A stretch of 63,129 bases of DNA, the filler included, from Octopus bimaculoides (Eukaryota), in NCBI RefSeq assembly GCF_001194135.2. It is 6 parts of 6 records of this genome, joined end to end, with 100 filler letters (N's around TTAATTAATTAA, not from the genome) between each part and the next. Parts side by side here need not be neighbours in the genome. Positions count along the whole stretch, not along the records: positions 33,818 to 47,036 come from NC_068992.1; positions 47,137 to 58,651 come from NC_068983.1; 4 more parts are not named here. One strand, 5' to 3'. Positions 36,724 to 51,530 of the stretch are shown here, one piece after another. The translations under genes and the position numbers were made by a program. Every line of letters begins with the position of its first letter. Within the stretch, counting starts at the first letter, position 1. Under the pieces are notes generated by a model. The model saw nothing but the letters and a program-made list of their open reading frames with translations, was not told where the DNA came from and made no database searches.

Positions 36724-38959
36724 TGTACATGTATAACATTTGTGTATGTATTCATGTATGTATGGGTGTGTGTTCCCCTCTTTCCCTGCGTCTATTTCTT
36801 TTTGTGCAACAGTTATTTAGTTAAATAACAACACTCAATCTCTAACGAAATCACTCAATGGTGGTGGTAGTGGCAACAGTGGTGCTGGCTGCGGCGAATG
36901 CGGGGGAGTAGTAGCAGTAGTAATAGTAGTAGTCCAGTTTATTATACATATATGGTTAACTTGATGCTTCTCTCCTCGGGGCTTATTAAAGCACTGATCA
37001 AGACTACAGTGTTTCGTATTATGTATTTCAGGTGATAAATTGGCCAAGAGAAAGTAGTGAGACTGGAAGATAAATACAATACATCGGCTGTTGCTACTTC
37101 AAACGTTAAACGTACAAATTTCACCATTAACCAACCTTGCCCTTCTTTCCCGGTCGAAACTAAACAAAAGTACCCGGTGCCGCAGATAGACTGAATAGTA
37201 AAAATCATACCGAAACCATACTATTTTCTCAATTTCTTTCTTTCGTTTCGTTCTTTGTTTTTGTTTTGTTTTTTTTTTCTCTCTTGTGTTCTGAGTTCAA
37301 GCTCTGCAATGAATTACTTCGGTAAAAGACTAAATTTAATTCTCGGACTCAACTGTTTCGCAAGAATTCAGACCAAAGTCTCAGATTTGAGAATATATCC
37401 TTCTCACCAGTCGCAGAGACCCTGGAATGGTCCATGGTCACTGTCTTTCTTTCCTAACTGATAAATACAAACAGCTTTTCAACAAATGCCATCGAGGTGA
37501 ATGTGGGTTTACTTTTATGAGAACCTAGTAAACTTGATTTATATTCAGTTATTAGTAATGTACTAATTTTAATTTATGGAATTAATCAATTAAAGATACA
37601 TTAAGCAGCGGTGATTAAAGTTACGCTATGTACATTCGTGTACGTAGAAGTGCGAAAACTGTCTCGAGAGAGAAATATTGCCTGCCAGATAATGTACATT
37701 GTCTATAAGGAGAATTTCTCTCTCGAGACGAATGTTGTGGTGAAGGTTTTTCATTGCGAAATTTATGGAGATGTAAAGGGCTTTATAGGTGTTAAGGGGG
37801 GAAGGAAGAGGAAGTGAAAAATAATGTATTTATGGTAAATATGGATTATTGTTCATAACTGAAACCTAAAGGTTATATAAAATTAAAACTTAATGAGCAG
37901 TGAAGTTGAAAAGAGCAAATGGATAGTTTGGTTGCTGGATGAAGGTCAACATGGTGTATGTGCGTGGGTCTTATTTGTATATACTAATTACTTCCTGAAA
38001 GTTGTGGTGGTGGTGGTGGTAGTGGTGGTGGTGATAGACTTCATTTCCAGTTAGACTCGGAGGAGCGCCGACTTGAGTTATGGAGTACTTTGGTCACGCC
38101 AAAATTGGTGGAGCTATATCACGTCAATCTGGACATAGTTAAGATTTTATCGAAAGTGCATGTGCTTATGTGCGAGTGAGAGAGAGAGGGGGAGTGACGA
38201 AGAAGGAGAAAAAGAAGAGGAACAAAAACTTGTATTTGCTGACATTTTATTTATCGGCTCAAAAAGAAGGAAAATGATAAACTGACAACAGCAAGGTTTG
38301 AACTCCGAGAATTGAGATCCAGTATGAACATTACGCTGGACCCAATCCACTGCTCTAACTATTCAATGAGTTAAACGAACAAGAAATTGGTATCTTTATA
38401 ATCTCTATATCAAAAGATTTTCGCTGAGATACTGACACAATGAATTAGCTATGTACGTCAGGATGATAACAGGAATTTGTAGATTTTCAGTACTGTATGC
38501 TACGAATGCAAAACATACAAATAAATGAACAAATGAACAAATGAATGAAAGAATAAATAAATAAATAAATAAATAAATAAGGAATAAACAAAGCGAATCC
38601 GAAGTGGCTAGATCGAAAGTTAAAAGTCGAAAGTAAAATAACTGAATTGGTTCGTTCATCAAATATGAAGAGAAATAAAAAAAAAAGCAGAAAGTAAAAT
38701 TCAATCAATAAACTAGTAATCTCCGTGAATATAGACATGGATAAACACATTACATATATGCATATATATGCATATATATATATATATATANNNNNNNNNN
38801 NNNNNNNNNNNNNNNNNNNNNNNNNNNNNNNNNNNNNNNNNNNNNNNNNNNNNNNNNNNNNNNNNNNNNNNNNNNNNNNNNNNNNNNNNNNNNNNNNNNN
38901 NNNNNNNNNNNNNNNNNNNNNNNNNNNNNNNNNNNNNNNNNNNNNNNNNNNNNNNNNNN

Positions 38960-39029
<70 letters not shown>

Positions 39030-39345
39030 ACAAACACACACACGCACACACACGTGTATATTCAAATGGTGAGAGAGAAATGAGGAAGGTGAATGAGAGG
39101 AAGAGATTAATTAAGTGTAAATAAGATGTACGGGTAAGGCGTCTGGTGTTTGTTGCATGAGCGCTAATTAATATAAGCAATGTAATTCACCGACCGTAGA
39201 CAAATTGATAACATCAACAACACCAGCAACTCAATTAATCATAATACAGAGTAAATAGTGAAAAGCGCTGCTTATTGCAAAATATATTTTCACACTTTTA
39301 TTATCATCATATCACTAAATAAGATATATATATATATACATACAT

Positions 39346-39402
<57 letters not shown>

Positions 39403-40724
39403 NNNNNNNNNNNNNNNNNNNNNNNNNNNNNNNNNNNNNNNNNNNNNNNNNNNNNNNNNNNNNNNNNNNNNNNNNNNNNNNNNNNNNNNNNNNNNNNNNN
39501 NNNNNNNNNNNNNNNNNNNNNNNNNNNNNNNNNNNNNNNNNNNNNNNNNNNNNNNNNNNNNNNNNNNNNNNNNNNNNNNNNNNNNNNNNNNNNNNNNNNN
39601 NNNNNNNNNNNNNNNNNNNNNNNNNNNNNNNNNNNNNNNNNNNNNNNNNNNNNNNNNNNNNNNNNNNNNNNNNNNNNNNNNNNNNNNNNNNNNNNNNNNN
39701 NNNNNNNNNNNNNNNNNNNNNNNNNNNNNNNNNNNNNNNNNNNNNNNNNNNNNNNNNNNNNNNNNNNNNNNNNNNNNNNNNNNNNNNNNNNNNNNNNNNN
39801 NNNNNNNNNNNNNNNNNNNNNNNNNNNNNNNNNNNNNNNNNNNNNNNNNNNNNNNNNNNNNNNNNNNNNNNNNNNNNNNNNNNNNNNNNNNNNNNNNNNN
39901 NNNNNNNNNNNNNNNNNNNNNNNNNNNNNNNNNNNNNNNNNNNNNNNNNNNNNNNNNNNNNNNNNNNNNNNNNNNNNNNNNNNNNNNNNNNNNNNNNNNN
40001 NNNNNNNNNNNNNNNNNNNNNNNNNNNNNNNNNNNNNNNNNNNNNNNNNNNNNNNNNNNNNNNNNNNNNNNNNNNNNNNNNNNNNNNNNNNNNNNNNNNN
40101 NNNNNNNNNNNNNNNNNNNNNNNNNNNNNNNNNNNNNNNNNNNNNNNNNNNNNNNNNNNNNNNNNNNNNNNNNNNNNNNNNNNNNNNNNNNNNNNNNNNN
40201 NNNNNNNNNNNNNNNNNNNNNNNNNNNNNNNNNNNNNNNNNNNNNNNNNNNNNNNNNNNNNNNNNNNNNNNNNNNNNNNNNNNNNNNNNNNNNNNNNNNN
40301 NNATATATATATATATATATATATATACACACGTGTGTATGTGTGTGTGTGTGTGTTTGTTTGTATACACTTACACACAGAGACACAACAGCAGAGTAAG
40401 AGAAGGAGACGCATCAGTGTGTTGACGTAGAACTGTAAGCTCACGTGACAATAGGTTTACGAACTCAAACTGATTACCTAAAGGTGTGCAGACAGCATTG
40501 TCTGGCCGACTGTATTCATTAGCTGTTTGTAAAGAATAATTTGTTTAGCAATCACTGAAGTTGTCCAGGCAAGTTGGCTTCGTGAATCTTTAGCTATAAA
40601 CCTATAATATGGATTGTAAACCTACACTCTTCTCATATAAGTGTATATTAAGTACTTTGTCACTTATTGGTGAGCAAACTATACCTGAAAGAAACGCCAC
40701 CTCCAATGTATACACACGATGTTT

Positions 40725-40787
<63 letters not shown>

Positions 40788-40995
40788 TATATATATATAT
40801 ATGTATGTATATATGTATATATATACATATACGTTAACAGAGAATGGGGAAGAGAGAAATTTATATCTAAATTGCTTATCCCTTCAATTTCTCTGTTGAA
40901 TCTGTCTATCTATTTACCTGCTAGCCTATCAACACGGTATTATCAACATCACTATTCTCTACCTATCTACCTACCTATCTATCTGTCTGTCTATC

Positions 40996-41028
<33 letters not shown>

Positions 41029-42669
41029 AACTGATAAGTGTCGCTTCATTTCCGTCAGCATATTTTCAGAACCAATTAGAGCATGAGACAAAACGTCTTA
41101 CGATATTTACTCTGACTCCCTGCACTTTGATTTCAAATCTTGTCGATGCCAGTTTTGACGTTCATACTGTCAGGGATCGATAACTAAAGCACCATGTTCG
41201 ATCTCTTCGTATTCTATTTTCCAATGTAGCAGAATTAATCCATAGCCCAATTACGACTGGTTAATCTTTCAGTGCCTTTATGTCTTTAATATTTAAACCA
41301 GCCATACCAGGCTCAAATATTTTTCCTGTTCTATGTTCAAACTGGACAGATCAGGCCCCGCATACTAACCCTACGATGTCATTCTAAAAATAGACAATCA
41401 CATCATTAAAATACCAAAGCTACGAATAAATAAACATTACATTTAAAAGAGTAATCCGAATGCTTCATGTTTAAAGGTGCCCATACTGTTGCAAGTCCAG
41501 TCCAGTCCAGTTCTTCTATTTGAGGATGAATCTCAATTTCCCAATATATTTCCAACTCAATGAGTGTGAAAAATAAAATATCAAGGGTGTTATCCCTCAA
41601 TAAAGAATTTTAAAAAAAGTAAGAAATATAAGTCCTTATGAAACCGTTAAAACAAGAATAAATTCTACTTTGCTTATGAATCATCTTGTCGCTGATCTGC
41701 GGATAATTGATAAACTCTCAAGTGCCATTGAATGATAATTCTTCCTATGAAAAGTCCGACACAATTCACTACTCAAGTGCAACGATGAAATGTTCTATAA
41801 AATGAATACAAAACGAAGAAGGGAAACGATTCTTTGTTCCCTCCTTCTCAAAATTGCTCATAGATTATTAAACTACTAAAAACCTCGTATATAATAATTG
41901 TTTTTTTTTATATATATAGCTTATTTGATTGATTGCTTTAGTATCACCTTTGATATCAAGCTAGGAAGATTATTATTTTTTTTAATCAATTATTTTCTGA
42001 ACAAAAAAAAATATAAATATATACTTCTTCTTAAAGATCTTTCAAAATGGTTTCTTTTCCGATTCTTTTTTGTAGTTTATTTATTTATTTATTTATTATT
42101 CATTTATTTGCATATTATTTGAATATCAATTATGTAGCTTGCAACAAATAACACGTCAAATGCTGTCCCGGTTACAGATTATATGAAACATGAAATTAGC
42201 TATTAAAAGTTTTAAAATAACAACGATAAAAAATACTCAACAGAAATAGGTTCACGCTTTATATGTGAACAAATTATACATGAGCAGAGCAGCAAAAACA
42301 GTTTATTTATGATAATACAGTTAATAAAGTAAAAATACATTCTTAGTGTTCACAAAATATTACAAATAGATGTTACCCTTGTTTTCATTCATTAAATAAA
42401 CTTGTGGCTAGTATCATGTCAAACATTTCTTCCTGTTATATAGTATTGAATTGAAATTAAGTTGCGCATTGAATCATTTTTAATATTATTGCTTTTATTC
42501 CTTCTAGGTTAAATTCTGACGAGGCCGACTTTGTCTCTCATCTTTTCAGGATCGATAAAATAAGTAACATTTGAGCACTGGGGTCAATGTAATCGACTAG
42601 GACCCCCTCTCACTAAAATTCTAGGCTTTTTAACGATAGTAGGAAGGATTATTTGTAAGTAGCTTTTGA

Positions 42670-42935
42670 AATCTTTTTGTTGAACCGCTAAGTTACGGGA
42701 ACGTAAACACACCAATGTCGGTTGCCAAGCGATGGGGGTGGGGGTCAAACACATACATATATATACATATATACGACGGGCTTCTTTCAGTTTCCGTCTA
42801 CCAAATCCACTCACAAGGCTTTGGTCGGCCCGAGACTATAGTAGAAGACATTTGCTCAAGGTGCCACGTGCTGGAACTGAACCCTGAACCATTGTGGCTG
42901 GAAAGCAACCTTCTTACCACACAGCCACGCTTGAG
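42670..42935 (-). mobile_element. SINE family A, 3'-truncated
   Basis: Near-consensus head and short internal (TA)n. Confidence 0.9.
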
Positions 42936-43517
42936 TCTGCATATGTTTATTCGTTTTTATTCAAATTGTATTTTTACTGTTATATAGAATAGGATGTTTT
43001 TTTTGTTTTTTTGTTTTAACCCGTTGTATTTTTAGCTTCAAATCGTTTGCATTTTACATAGTTTAGTGGGTATAAAAATAGATATACAAATATGCAATTA
43101 CTGACAGTTGAAACTAGATTCCTCACCTTTGAAATATTCCGAATGCTCCAAGTGATTTAATGTGCAATTTGTATAGTAAGACATATTTCCTGCAGCATCT
43201 GATATTTTCAACATAACTCAGTTATACAGAGTGCTGACAATTCCATACAAAAAGACTACAAACTTTAACCAAATCAGACGATGAGACATCCTCTACCTTG
43301 TCATCCGACATACAAGAAATAGCAGCGAAATTTCCTCTAATATGACATAATGTTTTTGGTATAAAGGACAGCCACATCGACTGATGTATTCCTTTGAATA
43401 AAGATAAAGGTAAGGCCACACCGTAGGTCTGATCGATAAAAACTGTCCATGGTGAAGGCAAATACGACAGTGAAACATGATCTAACACATTGAATAGGAG
43501 AAAATACTAGTGGAAGC

Positions 43518-43569
<52 letters not shown>

Positions 43570-43749
43570 GTTCAGTAGTTTTAGTTTTATAACGTGATTT
43601 CACTTCACAACCGAGCTCTGTGTGCCTTGGGTATGTGCTGTGGTTTGCTGTGATGCTCTTATGGTTACTGTATTGAAAATGTTTTGCGTAGGATGTGTGC
43701 AGTGCCCAGTAGTGCAATTTTCTGTTATTATTATTATTATTATTATTGC

Positions 43750-44240
43750 CAAGGTCGACTGTGTCTTTCATCCTTTCGGGGTCGATAAGTTAAGTAACAG
43801 TGAAACTCTAGGAACGACTACCTCCTTCCTCAAATTTCAGGCCTTGTGCCTTTAGTAGCAAAGATTAGTATTATTACTATTATTATTTATCATTATTATT
43901 ATTATTATTATTATTATTAGGCAGCAAATCGTTTACGCGCCGGGCAAAATGCTTAGCAGTACTTCGTCCGCCTTTATGTTCCGAGTTTAAATTGCGCCGA
44001 GGGACTTAGCATTTCATCCGTTCGGTGTCGATAAAATAAAAATAATCCAAAATTTGAAACCAATATTATTAGGTGGCGAGCTGGCAGAATCATTAGCGCG
44101 TCAGACAAAATGCTTAGTAGCGGCTCTTTACGCTCTGAGTTCGAATACCGCCGAAATCAACTTTGCCTTCCATTCTTTCGGAGTCGATAAAATAATGTAC
44201 CAGTCAAGTATCATGGCCGAGGTAATCAACTTGTCCTTCT
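43750..44240 (+). mobile_element. Three successive SINE family B copies separated by (ATT)n
   Basis: Core GTCGA...TTTCATCC.TTCGG.GTCGATAA at ~43750, ~44010 and ~44160. Confidence 0.85.
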
Positions 44241-44257
44241 CCTTAAATTCCATACAT

Positions 44258-44420
44258 AGGCGTAGGGGTGACTGTGTGGTAAGTACCTTGCTTACCAACC
44301 ACATGGTTCAATGTTCATTTCCACTGCGTGGTACCTTGGACAAGTGTCTTCTACTATAGCCTCGGGCCGACCAAAGCCTTGTGAGTGGATTTGATAGACG
44401 GAAACTGAAAGAAGCCCGTC

Positions 44421-44486
<66 letters not shown>

Positions 44487-44660
44487 TTGTGTGTCTGTCT
44501 TTGTCCCCCCCCCCAACATCGCTTGACACCCGATGGAGGTGTGTTTACTTTCCCGTAATTTAGTGGTCCGGCAAAAAGAGACTGACAGAATAAGTACTAG
44601 GCTTACAAAGAATAAGTCCTGGGGTCGATTTGCTCGACTAAAGGCGGTGCTCCAGCATGG
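44258..44660 (+). mobile_element. SINE family A, near full length, with internal (TA)n(TG)n
   Basis: Head, internal microsatellite and 3' module contiguous without a gap. Confidence 0.92.
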
Positions 44661-46309
44661 AGTATAAGAGCATAGGAAAAAGCACGAAGGAAACATAATG
44701 TGAGAACACCCGAATGCGAACTGGAAGCCTCTGCATAAAAAACATAAATAGACATACTTTTTAATGGAATTTAAGTTAATAATCTATTACCAATAGCTTC
44801 ATGCTAACGAATTAGTCAGCGATTATAGATATGTCTGTATACATATATTTACTTATACATACCATAGTATACGTATTTGCTTATGCATACGATAAATTCA
44901 AAAAAACCATTTGATCATTTTGTTCTCTACTATGCTGCATGAATAACACAAGCAAGCAAGAACAAAAGAGAAGAAAGGAATGTTTCATTAATAAACTATT
45001 TAGGTTTAATATCCGATGGGTCTTTTTAATGATTATGATTTAGTTTTTTACTAATTAACTCAAGACTATACTTCTAATTAGTTATCAATATATTTTTCCG
45101 TATTTTATATAATTTTTCTTCAATGCTCTGTATCTCTATATTTTTGCTTTTCATATATTTTCGCATCTTTTGAAGATTTATCTACAATTTAATAAAACTC
45201 ACACGCATACACATAAACACTCACAATTAAACACACATATTAATACATATTTATACACATATACAGACAAGCAATTCTATACACAGTCATATGTGTATAA
45301 AGCATAGTTGATATATACTATGGTTCATTGATATATGTATCATATATATATAGATATAAAATTACAGACACACATATGCACACACATGCACTGAGATAGA
45401 GGGAAAGAAAGAGAGCTACTGAAAATCAGAAATGTGTGAGTTTTGTAGATATATGTAACAGAGTTCCAACTTATCTCGGAGAATTTGCAAGGTTTTATTT
45501 ATTGATTCATTTATATATTTCAAAAGAACAAAATGAATATAGATTTTAAAATGTCTGATAATGTTAATGATCGAATTTTCTGGAAATACGAAATGGAAAT
45601 CCACAATGGAAATCTATTCGTTCTAAATCTAAACCCAAAATTAAAATATGCTCGATTTATTATTAACGATATCTGTAGCTAAGACACAAAGCCAAATGTT
45701 GAATTCGCTTATTTATTGTCTTATTTTGTATAAATCACAGCTAATCCTCTTTCGGAAATCTCAAAGTTCAATACAGTCAACGGTTTAATACGGTTTACAT
45801 AGCATTAAACGGATGAGAATGTAATATCCCTACAAACAGAGCACAATTATCGTTCAAGGAATTCTCTCCAATGATCTGGTGTTACCTTAATATGATGATA
45901 ATTGTACCCACTTCCGGTGTCGTAGCGTTAAGCGGGCCCATGTAAAACATTTTCGGCATTGTCTTATTTATCTTCATTCCATTATGTTAATTCTGTTCCT
46001 CTTCGCCTCCTTGTTTTTTGAATTTATGCCTCTACTAAAAAATAATATCATCTCGTTATTCCCTCATTTCCACACATTCACTCTAACTAAATACTTCCTT
46101 CTCTCTACGAACATACATATATTCTTTTCATTTCCCTTTTTGTATGTATATTTTCGTAGGGTCCCTTCTGCTTTCGTGTTAGAGTGTAGCTTTTCTATGA
46201 CTTAGTTCTCTTTTAAAAATACCCCTCTGTCACACTCTCCTTCTTTTTCACTTAGTCTCTCAGCCAAAAGATTACTCTCTCTGTTTCTCCCCTCTCTGTC
46301 TGTCTGCCC

Positions 46310-46348
<39 letters not shown>

Positions 46349-46389
46349 TTAGTCTGTCTACAAAAACCCAAATCACTCTCCCTTTCAGC

Positions 46390-46481
46390 ATATATGTCAA
46401 TATTTGTGGATCCTTTACCAAAATGTTCAACTTTGTTTCTCTATATATGCTTTTTTCACATACTCTCTCCACAAAAACAAC

Positions 46482-46549
<68 letters not shown>

Positions 46550-46670
46550 CCTTTCTATCACACACACTATCTCTATACATATGGCTGACTTTTATTTGGA
46601 TTTTCTACCAAAATGTACTTCTTTCGCCGTCTCTTTCTTATTCGTCCTCTCTCACTTTCTCCCTCTCTCC

Positions 46671-46709
<39 letters not shown>

Positions 46710-46860
46710 CCTTTCTATCACACACACCATCTCTATACATATGGCTGACTTTTATTTAGACTTTCTACCAAAATGTACTTCTTTCGCCTTCTCTTTCTTA
46801 TTCGTTCTCTCTCACTTTCTCCCTCTCTCCCCCTCTCTCTCTCTTTCTTTCTCTCTCTCT
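46390..46860. repeat. ~160-bp tandem repeat (about 3 units) with embedded (CT)n
   Basis: atggctgact at 46581 and 46741; diverged first unit near 46391. Confidence 0.88.
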
Positions 46861-47080
46861 CAGAGCTTTTACAAAAAAGACCTCCGTCTCTTATCATATG
46901 TCTATATACATTTATCTTTCACATCATGATTCTTTACTGAAACACTCTTCTCTTTCGCACTCTCTCTCTCTTCCTGTATCGAAATATAGTTCTCGCCAGC
47001 CATTACTTACATCACTTGTATTTAAACATATCTCTCNNNNNNNNNNNNNNNNNNNNNNNNNNNNNNNNNNNNNNNNNNNN

Positions 47081-47092
47081 TTAATTAATTAA
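47081..47092. other. Artificial scaffold-joining spacer
   Basis: TTAATTAATTAA within N run. Confidence 0.93.
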
Positions 47093-47136
47093 NNNNNNNN
47101 NNNNNNNNNNNNNNNNNNNNNNNNNNNNNNNNNNNN

Positions 47137-47177
<41 letters not shown>

Positions 47178-47789
47178 CCTATACATATATATCAAATGGA
47201 TGTGTTATAAAACTATTCCACACATACAATAACAGCCATACCAACAATCCAACATACCTCCATCATCAGATGCTCGACGGATACCACTATGGTTTCGACA
47301 CCTGGGCAGTACCATTCAATCCAGTGGTGTCAACAGCACTAAAATAAGTGTTGTTTGAGAACAAACATACCTTAGATATCACCACATTCATTCTATCTCA
47401 ATTCTAGGAAGGATTGAACGCTAGCATTATCAGTTAAACTACAACGCTCTTTGGGGATTCGTTGTGGTTGATCTTCTATGTACATTTGGAATATTTATTG
47501 CAGAGCTCTAAATAACCATAATGGCGAGACGCGCGTAGGAACTTTAATATAAACCAGTTCTTATCCTTTATTTTCCTACGCTTGCTCTGTAGCTCATAAC
47601 TACTCAGTATAGTAGTTAATGATTAACAATATAGAAAGCAAACTGGAAAATGAAACATTACCTGGAGCTTCTAACATAACAGTAGAAGTTGTACATCTAG
47701 TCTACTTTATATTTAAATTATATAAATAATATGTAATGCAATTGTTGCATACAGCGCTCAAGTGCACTACAACTAAAAAAAAGGCATTA

Positions 47790-48355
47790 GGGGAACTATT
47801 GGCGAATTCAGGAAGCATGGAATTTGTGAAGAATGTAGTGTCTTGACAGCTAACAACTAATACGGGTAGTTTATTCCATGCCTCAGCAAATCTGAGCATG
47901 AAAAAAATGTTTCTGAAAGTAATGGGTGATGTGTTGCTTTTTGATTTTGTAAACATGTCTATGAGTGTTAGACATATGGAATTCAAAAAGGTGCCAAAAG
48001 TTGTTGGCTGGTAAAATGATGAATATTCTTGGGGGTATCTCCAAGTCAGTTGCCAGACGTCTGCGCTTTATTGTGTCCGTGCCCAGGGAAGTAAGACGTT
48101 CAGAACATGGTAGATGCCTGATGGCGAGTATTCGTATGGTTGCACGTTTCTGAACAGCTTCCAGAAGATTGTTATGCTGAGCAAGATAGGGGTTCCAGAC
48201 TGGTGATGCATATACAGTTTCAAATATAGCTGGAGAACGGCTGACATAGTTCTTACTAAGTGATGCTAAGACACCCTCAGCCTCCTTGATAGTCTTAGAG
48301 ATGTGGTTTGTCCAGCGAATATCCCTGTTTACAATAATACCCGGATTACGGAGAT
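47790..48355 (-). mobile_element. CR1/L2-like LINE 3' end (RT C-terminal region)
   Basis: RNPGIIVNRDIRWTNHI...YASPVWNPYLAQHNNLLEAVQKRAT...ERLTSLGTDTIKRRRLATDL...AEAWNKLP. Confidence 0.88.
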
Positions 48356-48784
48356 GGGGTGTATTTATACTTATATTTATATGTATGCTTGTATTTATAT
48401 TAGAATAAATTATTCCATGTCCACAAAAGTCACATATTCAATAAGAAAGCTGTAATCTGGTTTTCTTCAAAAAAATTTATTAATTGATCATTGTTCGTAT
48501 TTTCCACATGAATTTTCTACTAAAATCAAATGAAAAAATTACATGCAATGTGGGGTGAAAACGAAGAAATGTAAAAAACAATTTCTTTAAAAGCTGGACT
48601 AAATACTATTCAATTTCGTCCTTACAAGGTAAGTCCAAATCCAATCAAGGTAACACATGTGAATTAAACGCTGGAGTTAATTTCACGTTGAGAGGTAGGG
48701 AAGACGTCTGACATTTCGGACACTTAACCTTCTTTGGAGAGGGAGAGAAGAGAGAGAAGGAGAGAGAGACAGAGAGAGAGAGAC

Positions 48785-48819
<35 letters not shown>

Positions 48820-49639
48820 GGCGCAGAAATTATAGAACTCTTGTTATTTAAGTTCAAAATTTCTGATGCGAAAGCGAATAAAATAGAGGAGGTAACGCAG
48901 CGAGAGAAAGGGGTAAACAAGTGAGAGGCGGTGTGAGTTGTTAGCGAGCTGAATGGTGAGGGAGGAAGTAGAGTGTGAAAGAAGAGTGATAGAACTTGTA
49001 ACAAAAAGTCGATTGAAATATGAGGGAGTTGTGAGGGGATAGTTAAATGAGATGAGAGAAGTAATCAGGCAAGTTAAGATATGGGCCAAAAGGTTATGTA
49101 TATAATGACACATACGCACACACAGCCAACCAATTCAGGTGGGAAGAAAGGGGATAGAGCAAGCAACTAGCAGAAGAAAGCGATCTTCAATGCAGGATCA
49201 AAATGTAAAGAATTCAATGAATTAAAAGTTTTTAAGGATTGGTAGGAATTACAAAGGCAAAATTGATATCTGCGGACGATGAAGATCCTAAAGTAAATAT
49301 TAAGTTTTTCTCTCTGTGTCTACAGGAGATTGTTGAGCAATGATGTAAGATAATTCCAAACACAGTGAGTTAACTGAAGGAATGGCCTGGCAAATTAAAA
49401 TGTCTAGTTACCGGTTTAAAAACTGCTTTGGTATTATTCCAAACATCATGAAGATACTCGGGAAACAATCACCTAGACCAGTGTTTCTTTTAGGGAAAGG
49501 AGGCCTGTTAAAATTGAAAAAATAAATGTAAGAGGGTTGCCATGCTTAACAAAATTAAGATCCGTTATGTACAACAGTAGCAGCATTAGATTAAAATGGT
49601 TCCCTGTGTATCATACTAAATGCAGATACATCGCAATAA

Positions 49640-49723
49640 ACCAAATTAACTGTGCTATTCGTCACGAAAAACCAAATTAACTGTGCTATTCGTCACGAAA
49701 AGCCAAATTAACTGTGTATTCGT
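49640..49723. repeat. 31-bp tandem repeat, ~3 units (accaaattaactgtgctattcgtcacgaaaa)
   Basis: ccaaattaactgtg at 49641, 49672 and 49703. Confidence 0.9.
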
Positions 49724-50014
49724 GTGGAAGTTACGGAAATAATATGTTAAATAACACAAATATATCAGTAACAGGCGGAAATCGTCCAGCAGCAGCCAGT
49801 GATAATGTTAGATGCACATTCCTGCCTCGTTGGGCTTTGTATGTACTCGGAAACCGCATGCTGACACAAAATCTATAGTACTGACATATGAAAACAGTGT
49901 TTGAAAAATCACTGGAGTTGTAATTAACAACTTGGCTGTATAAAGATCCGTTGCATGCAAAAGATTAGATTAAAACAGCCTTCTATATATAATATAAGAT
50001 GGTGTAGTGAAAGC

Positions 50015-50310
50015 ATGTGGCTAGGTGGTTAGGGTTCACGATTGTAGCATCGTGGTTCGATATCCAGCGGTACGTTGTGTCCTTGAGCAAGACACTTTAT
50101 TTCAGTTGCTCCAGCTGGCAAAAATGAGTTGTGCTTGTAATTCAAAGTGCCATCCTTGTCACATTCTGTGTTACACTGAATCTTCCTAAAAGCTATGTTA
50201 AGGGTACGTGTGTTTGGGGAGTGTTCAGCCACTTGGATGTTAATTTCACGAGAAGGCTATTCCGTTGATCGAATCAACTGGAACCCTTGTCGTCGTAACC
50301 GACAGTGTCA
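50015..50310 (+). mobile_element. SINE family C
   Basis: GTGGCTAGGTGGTTAGGG head; tail gatcgaatcaactggaacccttgtcgtcgtaaccgac shared with 52285-52650. Confidence 0.85.
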
Positions 50311-50599
50311 GTTCCTTAATGAAGATGGGTTGTTTTTTTTATAATTTTTAAAAACTTGAACAACACTAGCGAAACTTTTATTTTGTCTTTTCGTGTTGAG
50401 GGGTTACGAGGGAGAGGCAAAATATTTCGCTCATTTTTGTTGTGGAGTGACCTGGTATTTGTCAATCCACTGACCGTGACGACGTCCAGTAGCACCCACT
50501 TATATAGAGATTTACAGTTTACATTTAATACAATGTCAAGGTCGATGAATATACAACCAAAATAATCAGTAATATGGAGCTAATGTTCGGTTCAACCTT

Positions 50600-51060
50600 A
50601 GCACAAGACCAGCAATTTAGGGGAGGGGGCGAGTCGATTACATCGACCCCAGTGATCAACTGGTACTTATTTTATGGACCCCGAAAGGATGAAAGACAAA
50701 GTCAACCTCGACGGAATTTGAACGCTAGGCATTTTGCCTGGCGTGTTAACGACTCCGCCAGCTCGCCGCTTTGAGCATATCACTAATATTAATCCAAATG
50801 GTGGCAAGCAGTCAGAATCGTTAGCACGCTGGGCGAAATGCTTAACGACATTTCATTCGTCTCCATGTACTGAGTTCAAATTCCGCCTAGGTCGACTTTT
50901 CCTTTCATCCTCTCAGAGTCAATAAAATGAGTACCAGTAGATCACTGAGGTCGATGTAATCAACTTACCCCCTCTCTCGAAATTATTGGCCTTTTGCCAG
51001 AATTTGAAAATAATGCAGAATCGTTAGCACGCTGGGCAAAATGCTTAGCAGTATTTCGCC
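50600..51060. mobile_element. Cluster of SINE family B copies in both orientations
   Basis: Minus copy ~50610-50770; plus copies ~50795-51000 and ~51017-51060. Confidence 0.85.
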
Positions 51061-51062
51061 TA

Positions 51063-51278
51063 TACTCTTTTACTTGTTTCAGTCATTTGACTGCGGCCAT
51101 GCTGGAGCACCGCTTTTAGTCGAGCAAATCGACCCCAGGACTTATTCTTTGTAAGCCTAGTACTTATTCTATCGGTCACTTTTTGCCGAACCGCTAAGTT
51201 ACGGGGGCGTAAACACACAGCATCGGTTGTCAAGCGATGGTGGGGGGACAAACACAGACACACAAGCATATACACACG

Positions 51279-51324
<46 letters not shown>

Positions 51325-51530
51325 NNNNNNNNNNNNNNNNNNNNNNNNNNNNNNNNNNNNNNNNNNNNNNNNNNNNNNNNNNNNNNNNNNNNNNNNNNNN
51401 NNNNNNNCAAGGCTTTGGTCGGCCCGATGCTATAGTAGAAGACACTTGCCCAAGGTGCCACGCAGTGGGACTGAACCCGGAACCATGTGGTTGGTAAACG
51501 AACTACTTACCACACAGCCACTCCTACGCC
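51063..51530 (-). mobile_element. SINE family A, full length (gap inside the internal (TA)n)
   Basis: Near-consensus head and tail. Confidence 0.92.

Noticed and set aside
47262-47300. GAAAC...GTA...CTGATGA order suggesting a type II hammerhead (minus)
   Set aside because: Stem III can form, but stems I and II have no complementarity
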